DNA of 64,000 bases from Tubiluchus corallicola (taxonomy: Eukaryota; Animalia; Priapulida), in contig JAQGDQ010000313.1 of assembly GCA_030141605.1 (NCBI GenBank), positions 1-64,000 of the forward strand, read 5' to 3'. The notes beneath the pieces were generated by a model. It was not told the DNA's origin and did no database searches. It worked only from the letters and a program-made list of their open reading frames with translations. Both the position numbers and the translations under genes were made by a program. Numbering within the stretch: the stretch's first letter is position 1; each line of letters starts with the position of its first letter. Below are positions 63,242 to 64,000 of the stretch, piece by piece.

Positions 63242-64000
63242 TTTAAATTGTCTGGAGAATTCTAAACTCCTTCCCTAATTTTAAACTTGCGGAAGGCCAG
63301 GCAGTATTTATTCTAGTAGCCCCAGCCTTTGAGTAGAAATAGGAGATTAAATAATTTCCCTCACAATTTTACAGTAGTTTCAAGACGGAAACAGCTGAAT
63401 AATTTACTTAAAAACTCCTGGTTTATATCACCTCGTTTTAAACTGCTGGAAATTTTTTGTGCTAATTTAAACCAAATAAGACGGTTCAACGACGAAAGTA
63501 TGTTAGCCAGGTAAACTGTTTAATAGCCTTATAAAGCAATATGTTAATACTTTTCAATGATCACACACTAAGCATTTAATAGTGTGATGCATTTTTATAA
63601 CAAGCACAAGAACAACAACATCGGAGCTAATTGTTAGACACCAAATCTTGTGAATTATGCCAAAGGTAAATCAGAATACGTGTCAAAAATAAATTCCACC
63701 AATTTTATATTTGGCGGCTGTTCATATTTTACGTTATGTTCGGTTAATGACTAAGAGCAGTAACTGGATGTTGCTGCGCGTTAATCTAAATCCTACCTGT
63801 TAATCAAGGGTATCGAAGCATACAAACTCAAGCAAGCAACAGTGTTGCATGCAAGTATAATTATAGTTATACATGAACACGTAGATTTACTGCAGCAGTT
63901 TAGGGCAATTGGAATAGGATCTAGAGACCGCAGCGGGCATGTTCATGAATATAATTAAACTATTACAGATCCTTTCCAAGGGTATACAGGTACGCTTGTA

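Overview
This is AT-rich, intron-containing, microsatellite- and transposon-rich animal (most likely invertebrate) genomic DNA, not prokaryotic. Three intact protein-coding genes can be reconstructed by hand with phase-consistent GT-AG junctions. (1) A two-coding-exon, minus-strand aminergic-type class A GPCR (12357-11936 + 10549-9373, 532 aa) with an atypical ligand pocket. (2) A seven-coding-exon, minus-strand single-pass receptor of the Golden goal (Gogo)/THSD1 family (47927-30470, 1036 aa; signal peptide, Cys-containing N-terminal region, TSP1, CUB, TM, long cytoplasmic tail). (3) An intronless plus-strand non-muscle myosin regulatory light chain (53532-54203, 223 aa) with a 41-aa Lys/Pro-rich C-terminal extension; it is a likely retrogene and may be nested in a 5'-UTR intron of the Gogo-like gene. 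The rest is decayed and often nested mobile DNA: CR1/L2-type LINEs (one with an SGNH-esterase ORF1), a BEL/Pao LTR retrotransposon split by two head-to-head LINE ends, a putative solo LTR, several MITEs/foldbacks and simple repeats. I found no rRNA, intact tRNA or CRISPR array. I cannot demonstrate a wholly new system. The best candidates for novelty are the extended RLC retrogene, the orphan amine receptor pocket, the Gogo tail variant and an unidentified pseudogenised ORF at about 4.27-4.62 kb. All family calls come from motif recognition by eye, not database searches.
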